Of a DNA stretch of 64,000 nt, positions 26,962 through 36,851 are shown piece by piece (position 1 is the stretch's first letter; the number at the start of each line of letters is the position of its first letter). A model generated the notes under the pieces. It had not been told where the DNA came from, did not search any database, and saw only the letters and a program-made list of their open reading frames with translations. The stretch covers positions 1-64,000 of the forward strand of contig JACRKZ010000059.1 of the NCBI GenBank assembly GCA_016235455.1, written 5' to 3'. Both the position numbers and the translations under genes were made by a program. The DNA comes from Armatimonadota bacterium. Lineage in GTDB: Bacteria > Armatimonadota > UBA10988.

Positions 26962-27396
26962 ATGGTGGTCGAGGTCAAAGAGGTGTCCACGCCCGAGGAG
27001 CTGGCAGCCTGCCGCGAACTGCGCCGGCGCGTGTTCATCGTCGAGCAGTGCGTGTCCGAGGCGGACGAGTGGGACGGGCTCGACGGGGAATGCCGGCATT
27101 TCCTCTGCCTCGCGGACGACGAGCCGGTGGGCACGGCGAGGCTGCGGCTGATGCCCGACGGCACGGCCAAGGCGCAGCGCGTCGCCGTGCTGCGCGCACG
27201 GCGCGGCCGGGGCGTCGGGCGGGCGGTCATGGCCGCGCTCGAAGCCGCGGCGCGAGAGGCCGGCTGCCGCGAAGTTCACCTCGGCGCGCAACTTGGGGCG
27301 TTGCCGTTCTATCAACGACTCGGCTACCATGCGCACGGGCCGGTGTTCGACGACGCCGGCATCCCGCATCGTCATATGTCGCGTGAGTTGGAGTGA
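26962..27396 (+). CDS. GNAT N-acetyltransferase (ElaA/YjcF-like)
   Basis: LRRRVFIVEQ, RVAV..RRGRGVG, AQ...FYQRLGY, DAGIPH. Confidence 0.9.
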   Translation: MVVEVKEVSTPEELAACRELRRRVFIVEQCVSEADEWDGLDGECRHFLCLADDEPVGTARLRLMPDGTAKAQRVAVLRARRGRGVGRAVMAALEAAAREAGCREVHLGAQLGALPFYQRLGYHAHGPVFDDAGIPHRHMSRELE

Positions 27397-27401
27397 GCCG
27401 T

Positions 27402-29399
27402 ATGAGCAGCGAACTGCGCGTCGAGACGTTCACCATGCCGGCCGCGGATCTCGGACCCGAGAACCCGCTGCCGCCGCTGGTCTCACCGCCGCCGGCCAAC
27501 CGGCCGAACCTGGCCGGCGACGAGCCCGAGCCCGACCTTAGGTATGTCGGCTGGGGCTGCGATCATGGCATCTTGCCCTATCGCCTCCAGGACGGCTACA
27601 ACCGGGACCGCCGGCCGCGCGCCTTCCGCGCCGTGGTGCTCGAGAACCAACTGCTGCGCGCCACCTTCCTGCCCGAGCTCGGCGGGCGCTTGTGGTCGCT
27701 GGTCAGCCGCTCCGACGACCGCGAGTTGCTGTTCCGCAACCCCGTGTTCCAGCCCGCCGACCTGGCGGCGCGCAACGCCTGGTTCTCTGGCGGCGTGGAA
27801 TGGAACTGCTCCGTCCCGCACCATACGCCGCTGACCTGCGAGCCGCTGTTTGCCGCCACGCTGACCCGCGCCGACGGCACGCCGGTGCTCCGGCAGTATG
27901 AGTGGGACCGCATTCGCGGCGCGCTCTACCAGATCGACGCCTGGCTGCCCGACGGTTCACCCGTGCTGTACACCGGCGTACGCTACATCAATCCGCACGA
28001 CCACGAGATACCGGCCTATTGGTGGTCCAACATCGCCGTGCCGGAGACGGCCGACACGCGCGTGCTGGTGCCCGCCGACGAAGCCTTCCGCAATGCCTAC
28101 AGTGGCGGGTTCGACCTGCTCGACATCGCCGACAAGACCTATCCGGCGCGCGAGCCTCACGCCACCGACTACTTCTACCGCGTGCCGCTCGACAGCCGGC
28201 CGTGGGTCAGTGCCCTGCGGGCCGATGGCCAGGGCTTGTTCCAGACCTCCACCGCTCGGCTCAAAGGGCGCAAGCTGTTCGTCTGGGGCCAGGGGCCCGG
28301 GGGCAAGCGCTGGCAGGAGTTCCTCTCCTTGCCGGGCCAGGCCTACATTGAGATCCAGGCCGGGCTGGCGCGTACGCAGGGCGCCTGCCTGCCCATGCCG
28401 GCCGGGACTTCATGGCAGTGGGTCGAGGCCTACGGTCACATGAGCGCCGATCCGGCTGTCACGCATGGCGATGACTGGGTCGCGGCTCGCACGCTGGTGG
28501 GCCAGCGCGTCGGCGAGTTGGTGCCCGACGCGGTGCTGGCGGCGCAGGAGCAGGCGTTTCTGGCCAGCGTGGACCAGGAGCCAGCTGAGCACGTCCAGCT
28601 CGGCCGCGGCTGGGCACGGCTTGAGATGCTGCGGCGCGCGCGCGACGGCGAGCCGGAGATGGCACCGCCGGGCCTGCCGTTCCCCAAGGAGTCGCTGGTT
28701 GCCGACCAGGAGCCGTGGCTGGAGTTGCTCAGCGCCGGCCGCTTCGCCGAGCATCCGCCGTGGCGCGAGCCTGGTGCCTGGCTGACCCAGCCGGCGTGGC
28801 GCGCTCGGCTGGTCGAGGCGCTGGCCGAGCCCGGCAACGACCACTGGCTGACCTGGCTGCACCTGGGCGTGATGGCCTTCGACGCGGGCGACCGCGAGGC
28901 CGCGCTCGCTGCGTGGCGGACGTCGAACGAGCGGCTGCCCAACCCCGTGGCGCTGCGCAACCTGGCGCAACTGGCCAACGACGAGGGCGAGCGCGTCGAT
29001 CTGCTGGCCGACGCCTGCGGTCTGGCGCCGAGCTGGCCGCGCCTGGCCATCGAGGCCGGCCAGGCGGCGTTGCGCGCCGGTCGGCCCGAGGTATTCGAAC
29101 GGCTGTGGGACGAGGTCTGGACTGAGGAGGCCCGCGGTGCCGGCCGCATGAAGCTGCTCGCGGCGCAGGCGGCGCTGGCGCTGGGCCGGTTGGACGAGTG
29201 CGAGAGCCTGCTGCACGCGCTGGTGGTGCCCGACATGCGCGAGGGCGAAGTGTCGCTGACCGACCTGTGGTACAGCCTCTGGGAGCAGCGACTGAGCCAG
29301 CGCGAGGGCCTGGCCATCGACGATGAGCTCGCGGCGCGCGTGCGGCGCGAGTACCCGCCGCCGGCCGATCTGGATTTCCGGATGAACGCGACGGTTTGA
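27402..29399 (+). CDS. DUF5107 domain protein with a TPR-like C-terminus
   Basis: LENQLLRATFLPELGGRLWSL, RNAWFSGGVEWN, YWWSN, YIEIQAG. Confidence 0.85.
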   Translation: MSSELRVETFTMPAADLGPENPLPPLVSPPPANRPNLAGDEPEPDLRYVGWGCDHGILPYRLQDGYNRDRRPRAFRAVVLENQLLRATFLPELGGRLWSLVSRSDDRELLFRNPVFQPADLAARNAWFSGGVEWNCSVPHHTPLTCEPLFAATLTRADGTPVLRQYEWDRIRGALYQIDAWLPDGSPVLYTGVRYINPHDHEIPAYWWSNIAVPETADTRVLVPADEAFRNAYSGGFDLLDIADKTYPAREPHATDYFYRVPLDSRPWVSALRADGQGLFQTSTARLKGRKLFVWGQGPGGKRWQEFLSLPGQAYIEIQAGLARTQGACLPMPAGTSWQWVEAYGHMSADPAVTHGDDWVAARTLVGQRVGELVPDAVLAAQEQAFLASVDQEPAEHVQLGRGWARLEMLRRARDGEPEMAPPGLPFPKESLVADQEPWLELLSAGRFAEHPPWREPGAWLTQPAWRARLVEALAEPGNDHWLTWLHLGVMAFDAGDREAALAAWRTSNERLPNPVALRNLAQLANDEGERVDLLADACGLAPSWPRLAIEAGQAALRAGRPEVFERLWDEVWTEEARGAGRMKLLAAQAALALGRLDECESLLHALVVPDMREGEVSLTDLWYSLWEQRLSQREGLAIDDELAARVRREYPPPADLDFRMNATV

Positions 29400-29444
29400 C
29401 CCACCGCCCCGGCTGGGTAAGCTGCCCCCGAGGGGAGCGGCGGC

Positions 29445-30053
29445 ATGGGGCGTGCTCTGGCCTGGGCGACGGCTTTGACGGGGGCTCAGTTGGCGCTGGG
29501 CCTGTGTCTCGGCTGCTACTACAACTACACCTTCTTCGGCCGCGCCGCGGGCCCGTTGCCGCAGCCGGTGGCGAGCGCCGGCGCGATGCTGTACTACCTG
29601 TTCGTGGCCGCGGGCGACACGCAAGTGGTGCAGGCCTGGCTGTGGATGCTGTGCTTCCCGCTGGCCGGATGGATCTGGCTTGGCTCGTTGTGGGTTGTGG
29701 GTCGGCGGCTGGGCGGCGCTTGCCGCGGACTGGTACGTGCATCGCTGGCCGGCATCGTGCCGTTGCTACTGCCGTTGCCGTACTTGCTCTGGCGCCACGC
29801 GCTGACGCCGAACGGACCCAGTTGGGCGCAGTTCCAGCAGGCGGCGCTGTACCGGCGGTTCGACACCGTGCCGGCGGGGCTGCCCGCGCTGTTCGTGCCG
29901 CTGGCCGTGGTCGGCCTGGCGCTCGAAGCGGTGCTGCTGGCTCGTGCGTCGGGCGTCGGTCCGGGACGGGCCGCGGCGTGGCTGATGGTCTCCTTGGGCG
30001 TCGCCATGCTGGCCACTGCCTTGCTTACGGTGCCGTTTGTGGCGCGTACCTGA
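29445..30053 (+). CDS. Hypothetical integral membrane protein
   Basis: GGGGAG SD; about 5 hydrophobic segments. Confidence 0.65.
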   Translation: MGRALAWATALTGAQLALGLCLGCYYNYTFFGRAAGPLPQPVASAGAMLYYLFVAAGDTQVVQAWLWMLCFPLAGWIWLGSLWVVGRRLGGACRGLVRASLAGIVPLLLPLPYLLWRHALTPNGPSWAQFQQAALYRRFDTVPAGLPALFVPLAVVGLALEAVLLARASGVGPGRAAAWLMVSLGVAMLATALLTVPFVART

Positions 30054-30054
30054 G

Positions 30055-30083
30055 TTGACCGACCTCTTGACGAGGGGTAGAAT
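30055..30083 (+). promoter_or_regulatory. Sigma70 promoter of metK
   Basis: TTGACC-N17-TAGAAT. Confidence 0.75.
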
Positions 30084-30138
30084 GAGTGCCTGTCGGCCGC
30101 CTGAGGCGGCTTCGGCCAGCTAGTGGAGACAAGCACAC

Positions 30139-31299
30139 ATGGGCGTGTTGCGCACGTACGCTTCGGAATCGGTGACCGAGGGCCATCCCGATAAGGTTTG
30201 CGACCAGATCTCCGATGCCATTCTGGACGCCATTCTGGCGGGCAACGAGGGTGCCGACCTGGCGCGCGCTCGGGTGGCTTGCGAGACCGCGGTCAAAACG
30301 CATGACGTGATCCTGCTCGGCGAGATCACCAGTGCGTTCCAGCCCGACTATGAGGCCATCGCGCGCAAGACCCTGCGCGAGATTGGCTACGACAGCGAAG
30401 AGAGCGGCATCGACCCCGACAAGTGCCGTGTCACCGTGCTGGTTGAAGGCCAGTCGCCGCACATCGCCATGGGCACCACCGAAGAGAATCTCGGCGCCGG
30501 CGACCAGGGCATGATGTTCGGCTACGCCAGCAACGAAACGCCCAGCTACATGCCGTTGCCCATCGCGCTGGCCCACGATCTGTGCCGCCGCTTGTCGGTG
30601 GTGCGCAAGGACGGCACGCTGCCGCACCTGCGCCCTGACGGCAAGTCCCAGGTCACCGTCGACTACGTCGACGGCAAGCCGGTGGCCGTGACCCGCGTGG
30701 TCATCGCCACGCAGCACACCGAAGAGAGCACCGACCGCATTCCCGCCGATGTGCTGGAGCATGTGGTCAAGCCCGTCCTCGGTGACTGGCTCAAGCCCGA
30801 CACGCCCGTGCTGGTCAACGGTACCGGCAAGTTCGTCGTGGGTGGCCCCATGGGCGACGCTGGCCTGACCGGCCGCAAGATCATCGTCGACACCTACGGT
30901 GGCGTCGGCCGCCATGGCGGCGGCGCGTTCTCCGGCAAGGATCCGACGAAGGTCGACCGCAGCGCCGCCTACTACGCGCGCTACGTGGCCAAGAACGTCG
31001 TGGCCGCCGGCCTGGCCGACCGCTGCGAGTTCCACCTGGCTTACTGCATCGGCGTCGCCGAGCCGCAGGCCGTGGGCGTGGAGACCTTTGGTACCGCCAA
31101 GGTTGCCGACGAAGTCATCGTCAACGCCATCAAGGCCGTCTTCGACTGCACGCCGGGCGCGATCATCCGCGACCTGCAGCTCCGCCAGCCGATCTACCGC
31201 GACACGGCCGCCTACGGCCACTTCGGTCGGACCGACCTGGACCTGCCGTGGGAGCGCTTGGACCGCGTGGACGCGCTGAAGGCCGCCGCCGGCGTCTAG
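30139..31299 (+). CDS. metK: S-adenosylmethionine synthetase
   Basis: [43 protein letters not shown]. Confidence 0.98.
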   Translation: MGVLRTYASESVTEGHPDKVCDQISDAILDAILAGNEGADLARARVACETAVKTHDVILLGEITSAFQPDYEAIARKTLREIGYDSEESGIDPDKCRVTVLVEGQSPHIAMGTTEENLGAGDQGMMFGYASNETPSYMPLPIALAHDLCRRLSVVRKDGTLPHLRPDGKSQVTVDYVDGKPVAVTRVVIATQHTEESTDRIPADVLEHVVKPVLGDWLKPDTPVLVNGTGKFVVGGPMGDAGLTGRKIIVDTYGGVGRHGGGAFSGKDPTKVDRSAAYYARYVAKNVVAAGLADRCEFHLAYCIGVAEPQAVGVETFGTAKVADEVIVNAIKAVFDCTPGAIIRDLQLRQPIYRDTAAYGHFGRTDLDLPWERLDRVDALKAAAGV

Positions 31300-31322
31300 T
31301 CGCGACCCGTTCGGTGTCATGT

Positions 31323-31358
31323 CGCGAGGCGGGTCAGCCGACCCGCCTCGCGTTGTTT
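31323..31358 (+). terminator. Intrinsic terminator-like hairpin between metK and thrC
   Basis: CGCGAGGCGGGTC-AGCC-GACCCGCCTCGCG followed by TTGTTT. Confidence 0.75.
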
Positions 31359-31375
31359 GGGCCTGGGGCAAGCCG

Positions 31376-32725
31376 ATGGCTACCATTCCGTCTCGATCGT
31401 CACTGCGCGCCTGGTTCCAGTGCTCGGAGCCCGGCTGCGAGGACCAGCACTATCCACTGAACGAAGTCGTCTTCCGCTGCCGACGCTGCGGCGGGCTGCT
31501 GGAGGTGCAGCACGACACCACGGCGCTGGCCGCGGCCTCTGCTGACGACTGGAAGGCTGCGCTGGACGGGCGACTGGGCCATCGCGCGCCGGGCGGCAGC
31601 GGCGTCTGGGCGCACCACGAGTGGATCGCGCCGGGTGTGGCGCCCGAGAACATCGTCAGCTTCGCCGAAGGTGGCACGGCCCTGCAGGCGATGGGCCGCT
31701 TCGCCGTCGAGGTCGGCGTGCCGCGGGTCTGGCTCAAGCAGTGCGGCGTCACCCACACCGGCAGCTTCAAGGACCTGGGCCTGACGGTGCTGGTCTCGCA
31801 GGTCAAGCAGATGCTGGCCGAAGGCGTGCCGATCCGCGCGGTGGCTTGCGCCTCGACCGGCGACACCTCGGCGGCCCTGGCCGCCTACGCGGCCGCGGCG
31901 GGCATTCCGGCCGTGGTCTTCCTGCCCCGGGGCAAGATCAGCGTGCCGCAGCTCATTCAGCCGATTGCCAACGGCGCCAAGGTGCTCGCGCTGGATACCG
32001 ACTTCGACGGCTGCATGGAGATCGTCCAGGAAGTCACCGCCGACGGCGGCCTGTACTTGGCCAACAGCCTCAACAGCCTGCGCATCGAGGGCCAGAAGAC
32101 GGTGGCCTTCGAGATCGTGCGCCAGCTCGACTGGCAGGTGCCCGACTGGATCGTCATTCCGGGCGGCAACCTGGGCAACGTCAGCGCGCTCGGCCGCGGG
32201 CTCGACCTGATGCTGCAACTGGGCCTGATCGACCGGCTGCCGCGCATCGCCGTGGCGCAGTCGGCCATGGCCAACCCGCTGTACCTGTCGTACCTGCGCG
32301 ACTTCACGGTGTTCGAGCCGGTGGAGGCCCAGGCCACGGCGGCCAGCGCCATCCGCATCGGCAACCCGGTGAGCATCAAGCGCGCCGTGCGCACCCTCCA
32401 GGCCACCAACGGCGTGGTCGAGCAGGCCAGCGAGGACGAGCTGGCCAACGCCGCGGCCTGGGCCGACCGGAGCGGCTTCTTCATCGATCCGCACACGGGC
32501 GTGGCGCTGGCGGCGATGATCAAGCTGGTGGGCAAGGGCCTGATCGGGCGTGACGATCGCGTCGTGGTGGTCTCCACGGCCAGCGGGCTCAAGTTCCCGG
32601 ACTGGAAGGTGGCTTACCATCTGAGCCAGCTCGAAGGCGTGATCAGCCGCCACGCGAACCCGCCGATCGAACTGCCGGCCACGGTGGCGGCGGCGCGTGA
32701 AGCGCTCGAACGAGTTCTGTGCTAG
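31376..32725 (+). CDS. thrC: Threonine synthase, plant-like subfamily
   Basis: HTGSFKDLG (PLP lysine), [31 protein letters not shown]. Confidence 0.95.
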   Translation: MATIPSRSSLRAWFQCSEPGCEDQHYPLNEVVFRCRRCGGLLEVQHDTTALAAASADDWKAALDGRLGHRAPGGSGVWAHHEWIAPGVAPENIVSFAEGGTALQAMGRFAVEVGVPRVWLKQCGVTHTGSFKDLGLTVLVSQVKQMLAEGVPIRAVACASTGDTSAALAAYAAAAGIPAVVFLPRGKISVPQLIQPIANGAKVLALDTDFDGCMEIVQEVTADGGLYLANSLNSLRIEGQKTVAFEIVRQLDWQVPDWIVIPGGNLGNVSALGRGLDLMLQLGLIDRLPRIAVAQSAMANPLYLSYLRDFTVFEPVEAQATAASAIRIGNPVSIKRAVRTLQATNGVVEQASEDELANAAAWADRSGFFIDPHTGVALAAMIKLVGKGLIGRDDRVVVVSTASGLKFPDWKVAYHLSQLEGVISRHANPPIELPATVAAAREALERVLC

Positions 32726-32734
32726 AATGAGGAC

Positions 32735-32816
32735 AGCTCCGCTTGCCGTGCCCGGATGAGACGCCTCCACTTCGGTGAGGGTAATCTCGCTTCTACCGGG
32801 TGCGGCAAGCGGCGCT
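32735..32816 (+). ncRNA. Candidate structured small RNA, family not recognised
   Basis: 17-bp outer stem with G-U pairs, inner C(UUCG)G tetraloop; TGnTAGAAT at 32720-32728 lies just upstream. Confidence 0.5.
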
Positions 32817-32817
32817 C

Positions 32818-34221
32818 TCAGATCCCTTCGGCCCGCCACACCTTCTGCTGCTCGATGTTGGCGCGCACCGCGGCGCAATAGTCAGGCCGCCCGCGCACCT
32901 CATGCAGGTAGGCGGCCATGTCGCTGTCGTACCTGCGCAACGGTTCCGGTTCGGCGCCCAGATCGGGCGACTCCATGACCCAGCGGTCCAGCCGGTCGCG
33001 CATCTCCACCAACACCTCCGCATGGTCGGGCTCGGTCGCCAGGTTGTGCAGCTCCCAGGGGTCTGCCACCAGGTCGTAGAGCTCCTCGGGCTTACGGCGT
33101 GGCGCGAACAGCGCGCTCTGATGCTCGTCCAACCCGCCGGCCGCGTGCAGTTCGCGCAGTCGGTGCAGAATGCGCTTGTCGTCCTTGTAGGCGCAGGGCT
33201 GCAGCAAGGGCCGCTTAGGCAGGCAGTTGCGGATGTACTTGTAGCGCCGGCTGCGCACCGAGCGGATGCGGTCGACGGTCTCGTCGCAGCGGTCGCGGGC
33301 GGCGAAGGTCACTTCGCGCGGCTCGTAGTCGGCGGCCAGGCAGTTGCGAGCCTGCATCCACGCGGGCGGCGCCACCCCCGCCGCAGCCAGAGTGATGGCC
33401 GCGGCGTCCATGGTCTGCACCAGGTCGTCGCGTACGACGCCGGCCCGAAAATCGGGCGCGCGCACCACGAACGGTACCTTGGTGCCCTCGTCGTAGAGGA
33501 ACTGCTTGCCGCGCGCCTGGCTGATGCCGTGGTCGGCCAGGAAGATCACGACCGTGTTATCGGCCAGACCCTCATTGTCGAGCCGGTCGAGGATCTGTCC
33601 GACCTGCAGATCGGTGTAGCGCACCGTGTCCAGGTAGTCGGCCCAGTCGGCCAGGAACACGGGGTCGCGCGGGTAGTAGGGCGGCAGTTCGACGGACTCC
33701 GGGTCGGTCAGGCTGCCCAGCGCCACGCGCGCGCGGTCGTGCCAGGTGGCCGACTCGCGATGCTTGCCGCCCCACAGCGTGATCTGCGCGAAGAACGGCC
33801 GGTCGTCGGGCCGTTGCCCCAGCTCCGTGCCGTCGAACATGGCCCTCGGCCAGACGAAGTTATAATCGGTCTTGCCCAGCCGGCCATCACCCACCGGTTC
33901 GGCCTGCAGGCTGGTCCAGTAGCCGGCGCGCTGGAGCAGGAGCGGCAGCGGCTCCACGCCCGCGGGCAGATGCACGGGCTCCACGCCGCGGCCGCTGCGA
34001 TGATGGTGTGCGCCCACGGCGGTCTGGTAGCTGCCGGTGATCACCCCCGACCGCGACGCCGAGCAGACCGGGCCGGTGCAGAAGGCCTGGCGGAAGACCA
34101 CGCCCTCGGCCGCCATCTGGTCCACGCGCGGCGTGGTGATGGTGCGCTCACCATAGCAGCCAAAGTGGGCGGTGGTGTCCTCGCCATAGATCCACACGAC
34201 GTTGAGCCTGGTGCTGCTCAT
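32818..34221 (-). CDS. Formylglycine-dependent sulfatase (S1 family)
   Basis: CSASRS (CxxxR), GKTDYN, ADHG, EELYDL..DPWE..NLA; ATGA-coupled to the upstream gene. Confidence 0.92.
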   Translation of the reverse strand: MSSTRLNVVWIYGEDTTAHFGCYGERTITTPRVDQMAAEGVVFRQAFCTGPVCSASRSGVITGSYQTAVGAHHHRSGRGVEPVHLPAGVEPLPLLLQRAGYWTSLQAEPVGDGRLGKTDYNFVWPRAMFDGTELGQRPDDRPFFAQITLWGGKHRESATWHDRARVALGSLTDPESVELPPYYPRDPVFLADWADYLDTVRYTDLQVGQILDRLDNEGLADNTVVIFLADHGISQARGKQFLYDEGTKVPFVVRAPDFRAGVVRDDLVQTMDAAAITLAAAGVAPPAWMQARNCLAADYEPREVTFAARDRCDETVDRIRSVRSRRYKYIRNCLPKRPLLQPCAYKDDKRILHRLRELHAAGGLDEHQSALFAPRRKPEELYDLVADPWELHNLATEPDHAEVLVEMRDRLDRWVMESPDLGAEPEPLRRYDSDMAAYLHEVRGRPDYCAAVRANIEQQKVWRAEGI

Positions 34222-36233
34222 CGCTTCAACTCGCCGTTGTCGACCGTCACCGACTCGATGAGCCCGACGAAGCGTGGTTGCGACGGCTTGACCGGCGAGC
34301 CCTCGTCGGCGCCGATCTGCATGTGGTCGTTGGGATCCTGGGTGATGCGCGACCGCAGCTTGCCGCTGGCCACCAGGTCGCCGTTCTGCCAGATCGACAC
34401 CTGGTCGGCACCGTCGAAGCGCGCGCGCAAGGTGCACCACTGCGTGCCCACGGCGCGGCTGCCGACGATGCTGGTCGACGTGTTGCCCGCATTGACCACG
34501 AAGCACGCCTTGTCGCCGACCAGCCCCAGCAGGTAGCCGTTGGTGGCGCCGCCCCGCGCCGCCAGCACGCCGTCGGGCCGCTCGGCGCGGAAGGTGACTG
34601 TGACCGTCCACATCGCCGCCACCGGCTTCAGCGACGGGCTGTTGGGCACGTCGATGTAGCCTTGGCCATCGAAGCGCCGGGCCATGTGCCCGCCGCGACC
34701 CTCGACCCGCGGGCAGTTGCGTGCCGTGCCGGTGTTGGCGAACTCGCTCGCATCCACGACCGAGTCCGCCTTGTCATGATCGAAGTTGTAGTCGAGCACG
34801 CGTTTGTCCAACGGCGCCGGCGGCTGGTCGTCAGCGACCTTGTCGGCGTAGTCGGGGATCTTCCAGCCGATGGCCTCGACGCAGGCGCCGTATTCCTGGT
34901 CGAGTTGCTCCCGCAGGGCCGCGCCTTGGGGCTTGCCGTCCAGGTTGTTCAGCTCGAACGGATCGGCCTTGAGGTCGAACAGTTCGGTCCACTCGGGGTG
35001 GCCGGGGTATTTGATCAGCTTGGCTTCTTCCGTGCGCACCGCGGTCACCGTCGGCGTCGTGCGGAAGCCCTTCTCGTAGTAGTAGCAATAGAAGAAGCTG
35101 CGGCGCCAGCCGTCGGTCCGGCCGTCAAGCAGTGGCCGCCATGAACGGCCCTGCATGGTGGTCGGCGGGGTTTGGCCGGCGAAGTCGAGGAAGGTGGGGG
35201 CGAGGTCGATGTTGAGGGCCATCTTGTCGACGACCTGGCCCTTGGCCACGGCGCGTGGGTAGCGTAGCAGCAGCGGGATCCTCAGGCTCTCCTCGTAAGC
35301 GCTGCGCTTGTCGCCCAGGCCGTGCTCGCCCAGGTAGAAACCGTTGTCGCCGGCGAAGACGACGATGGTGTCGTCTGCCAGCTTGAGGTCGTCGAGCAGC
35401 TTCAGTAGCCGGCCGACGTTGTCGTCCATGGCGGTCAGGCAGCGGAAGTAGCCCAGGTTGACCTTGGCGCTGGCGCCCAACGGCTCGGTCGGCGGCTTGG
35501 CCTCGGGCCGGTAGACTGCGGTCTTGGCCATGTTCGGCACCGTTCGTGCCTCCTGCCCCTCGTAGTCGGCGCGGTGGGCGGCGGGCGGCTCGAACGGGCC
35601 GTGCGCGGCCTTGAAGCCGACGCACAGCAGCCATGGCTTGTCGCCCGACTCGCGGATGAACTGCTCAGCGTAACCGGTCGAGACGTCGTCCACCCAGCCC
35701 TTGCTCGGCGTCTTGGTGCCGTTGACCTCGATGGGGCAGTCCATGTAGACGCCTTGGCCGACGAAGCTGGCGGAGTAGTCGAACCCCGGCCGCTGGCCGG
35801 ACTGCGCGCCCATGTGCCACTTGCCCACATAGCCGGTCCGGTAGCCGGCGCCGCGCAGCAGCGTGGCTTGCGTCTGCGCGGTCTCGGGGAAGGGCGTGTG
35901 GTTGTTGACGATACCGTTGGTGTGGCTGTGCTGGCCGGTCAGGAAGCAGGCGCGGCTGGGTGCGCAGAGGCTGTTGACCACGAATGCGTTGCGGAACCAG
36001 GCGCCCTCGGCGGCCAGGCGGTCGAGGTTGGGCGTGCGCAGCCAGGGGAAGCGCGCCTTGTCGCCCTGCAGGCGCTGCACGAAGCCCATGGCGTCGTAGC
36101 GCTGGTCATCGGTGAGGATGAACAGCAGGTTGGGCCGGCGCGCGGGCGCCTGGGCCCGGCCTGGCCCGGCGGCCACCGCGACGGCGGCGGACGCGGCGGC
36201 GCGAAGGAAGGTGCGTCGGTCGGTGCGGGCCAT
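34218..36233 (-). CDS. Tat-exported sulfatase with a C-terminal LamG/ConA-like domain
   Basis: RRTFL Tat motif; TDDQR, CAPSR, GKWH, GDNG; C-terminal RFDGQGYI...WQNGDLV...IGAD. Confidence 0.92.
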   Translation of the reverse strand: MARTDRRTFLRAAASAAVAVAAGPGRAQAPARRPNLLFILTDDQRYDAMGFVQRLQGDKARFPWLRTPNLDRLAAEGAWFRNAFVVNSLCAPSRACFLTGQHSHTNGIVNNHTPFPETAQTQATLLRGAGYRTGYVGKWHMGAQSGQRPGFDYSASFVGQGVYMDCPIEVNGTKTPSKGWVDDVSTGYAEQFIRESGDKPWLLCVGFKAAHGPFEPPAAHRADYEGQEARTVPNMAKTAVYRPEAKPPTEPLGASAKVNLGYFRCLTAMDDNVGRLLKLLDDLKLADDTIVVFAGDNGFYLGEHGLGDKRSAYEESLRIPLLLRYPRAVAKGQVVDKMALNIDLAPTFLDFAGQTPPTTMQGRSWRPLLDGRTDGWRRSFFYCYYYEKGFRTTPTVTAVRTEEAKLIKYPGHPEWTELFDLKADPFELNNLDGKPQGAALREQLDQEYGACVEAIGWKIPDYADKVADDQPPAPLDKRVLDYNFDHDKADSVVDASEFANTGTARNCPRVEGRGGHMARRFDGQGYIDVPNSPSLKPVAAMWTVTVTFRAERPDGVLAARGGATNGYLLGLVGDKACFVVNAGNTSTSIVGSRAVGTQWCTLRARFDGADQVSIWQNGDLVASGKLRSRITQDPNDHMQIGADEGSPVKPSQPRFVGLIESVTVDNGELKR

Positions 36234-36290
36234 GACCTGTCTCCGCGGCATGGGTTAGCCGCGGAGACAGGCAGATCCTCCGGCGTCGAC

Positions 36291-36851
36291 CTAACGGTTG
36301 GTGAAGACCGCCAGGTAACTGACGCGTTTGCCCGCGATCTGCTTGGGACCGTGGGGCACGCGGGCGTCCAGGTACATGGAGTCGCCCTCACGCATGTGGT
36401 ACAGCTCGGAGCCGAGCATGTACTCCATCTCGCCTTCGAGCACGAGGATGAACTCCTCGCCCGGATGGTCATAGAGCGTCGCTTCTGCCTGGGCATCCTC
36501 GGCCAGTGTCAGCACGAACGGCTCCATGAGCCGTGGCATCATGCTGCCATGGGCCAGGTGCTCATACGAGTAGTCCGGCCCGTGCCGGTTGGACTCGACT
36601 CGCTGACGGTCCTCCCGGCGCACGAACACCGCCAGATGTTGCCGCAGTTCCTCCTCGAAGAAGTAGCCGATGGGTACCGACAGCGCCGACGCGATGCGCG
36701 ACAGGGTCGAGATCGGCGGCGAGACCTGGCAGTTCTCCACTTTGGACAGCAGGCTCTTGCTGAGCCCGGCGATCCTGCCAACCTGCTCCAGAGTCATGCC
36801 TCGGCTCTGGCGCATCTCTTTGATCCGCTTAGCAAGCAGTTGCTCGTTCAT
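36291..36851 (-). CDS. XRE-family HTH plus cupin transcriptional regulator
   Basis: MTLEQV...LSKSLLSKVEN; HPGEEFILVLEG...GDSMY.DARVPH. Confidence 0.92.
   Translation of the reverse strand: MNEQLLAKRIKEMRQSRGMTLEQVGRIAGLSKSLLSKVENCQVSPPISTLSRIASALSVPIGYFFEEELRQHLAVFVRREDRQRVESNRHGPDYSYEHLAHGSMMPRLMEPFVLTLAEDAQAEATLYDHPGEEFILVLEGEMEYMLGSELYHMREGDSMYLDARVPHGPKQIAGKRVSYLAVFTNR

Noticed and set aside
32735-32816. SRP RNA, tRNA-Sec or 6S identity for the hairpin
   Set aside because: No GNRA-capped SRP helix with its conserved internal loop, no cloverleaf, and too short for a typical 6S.
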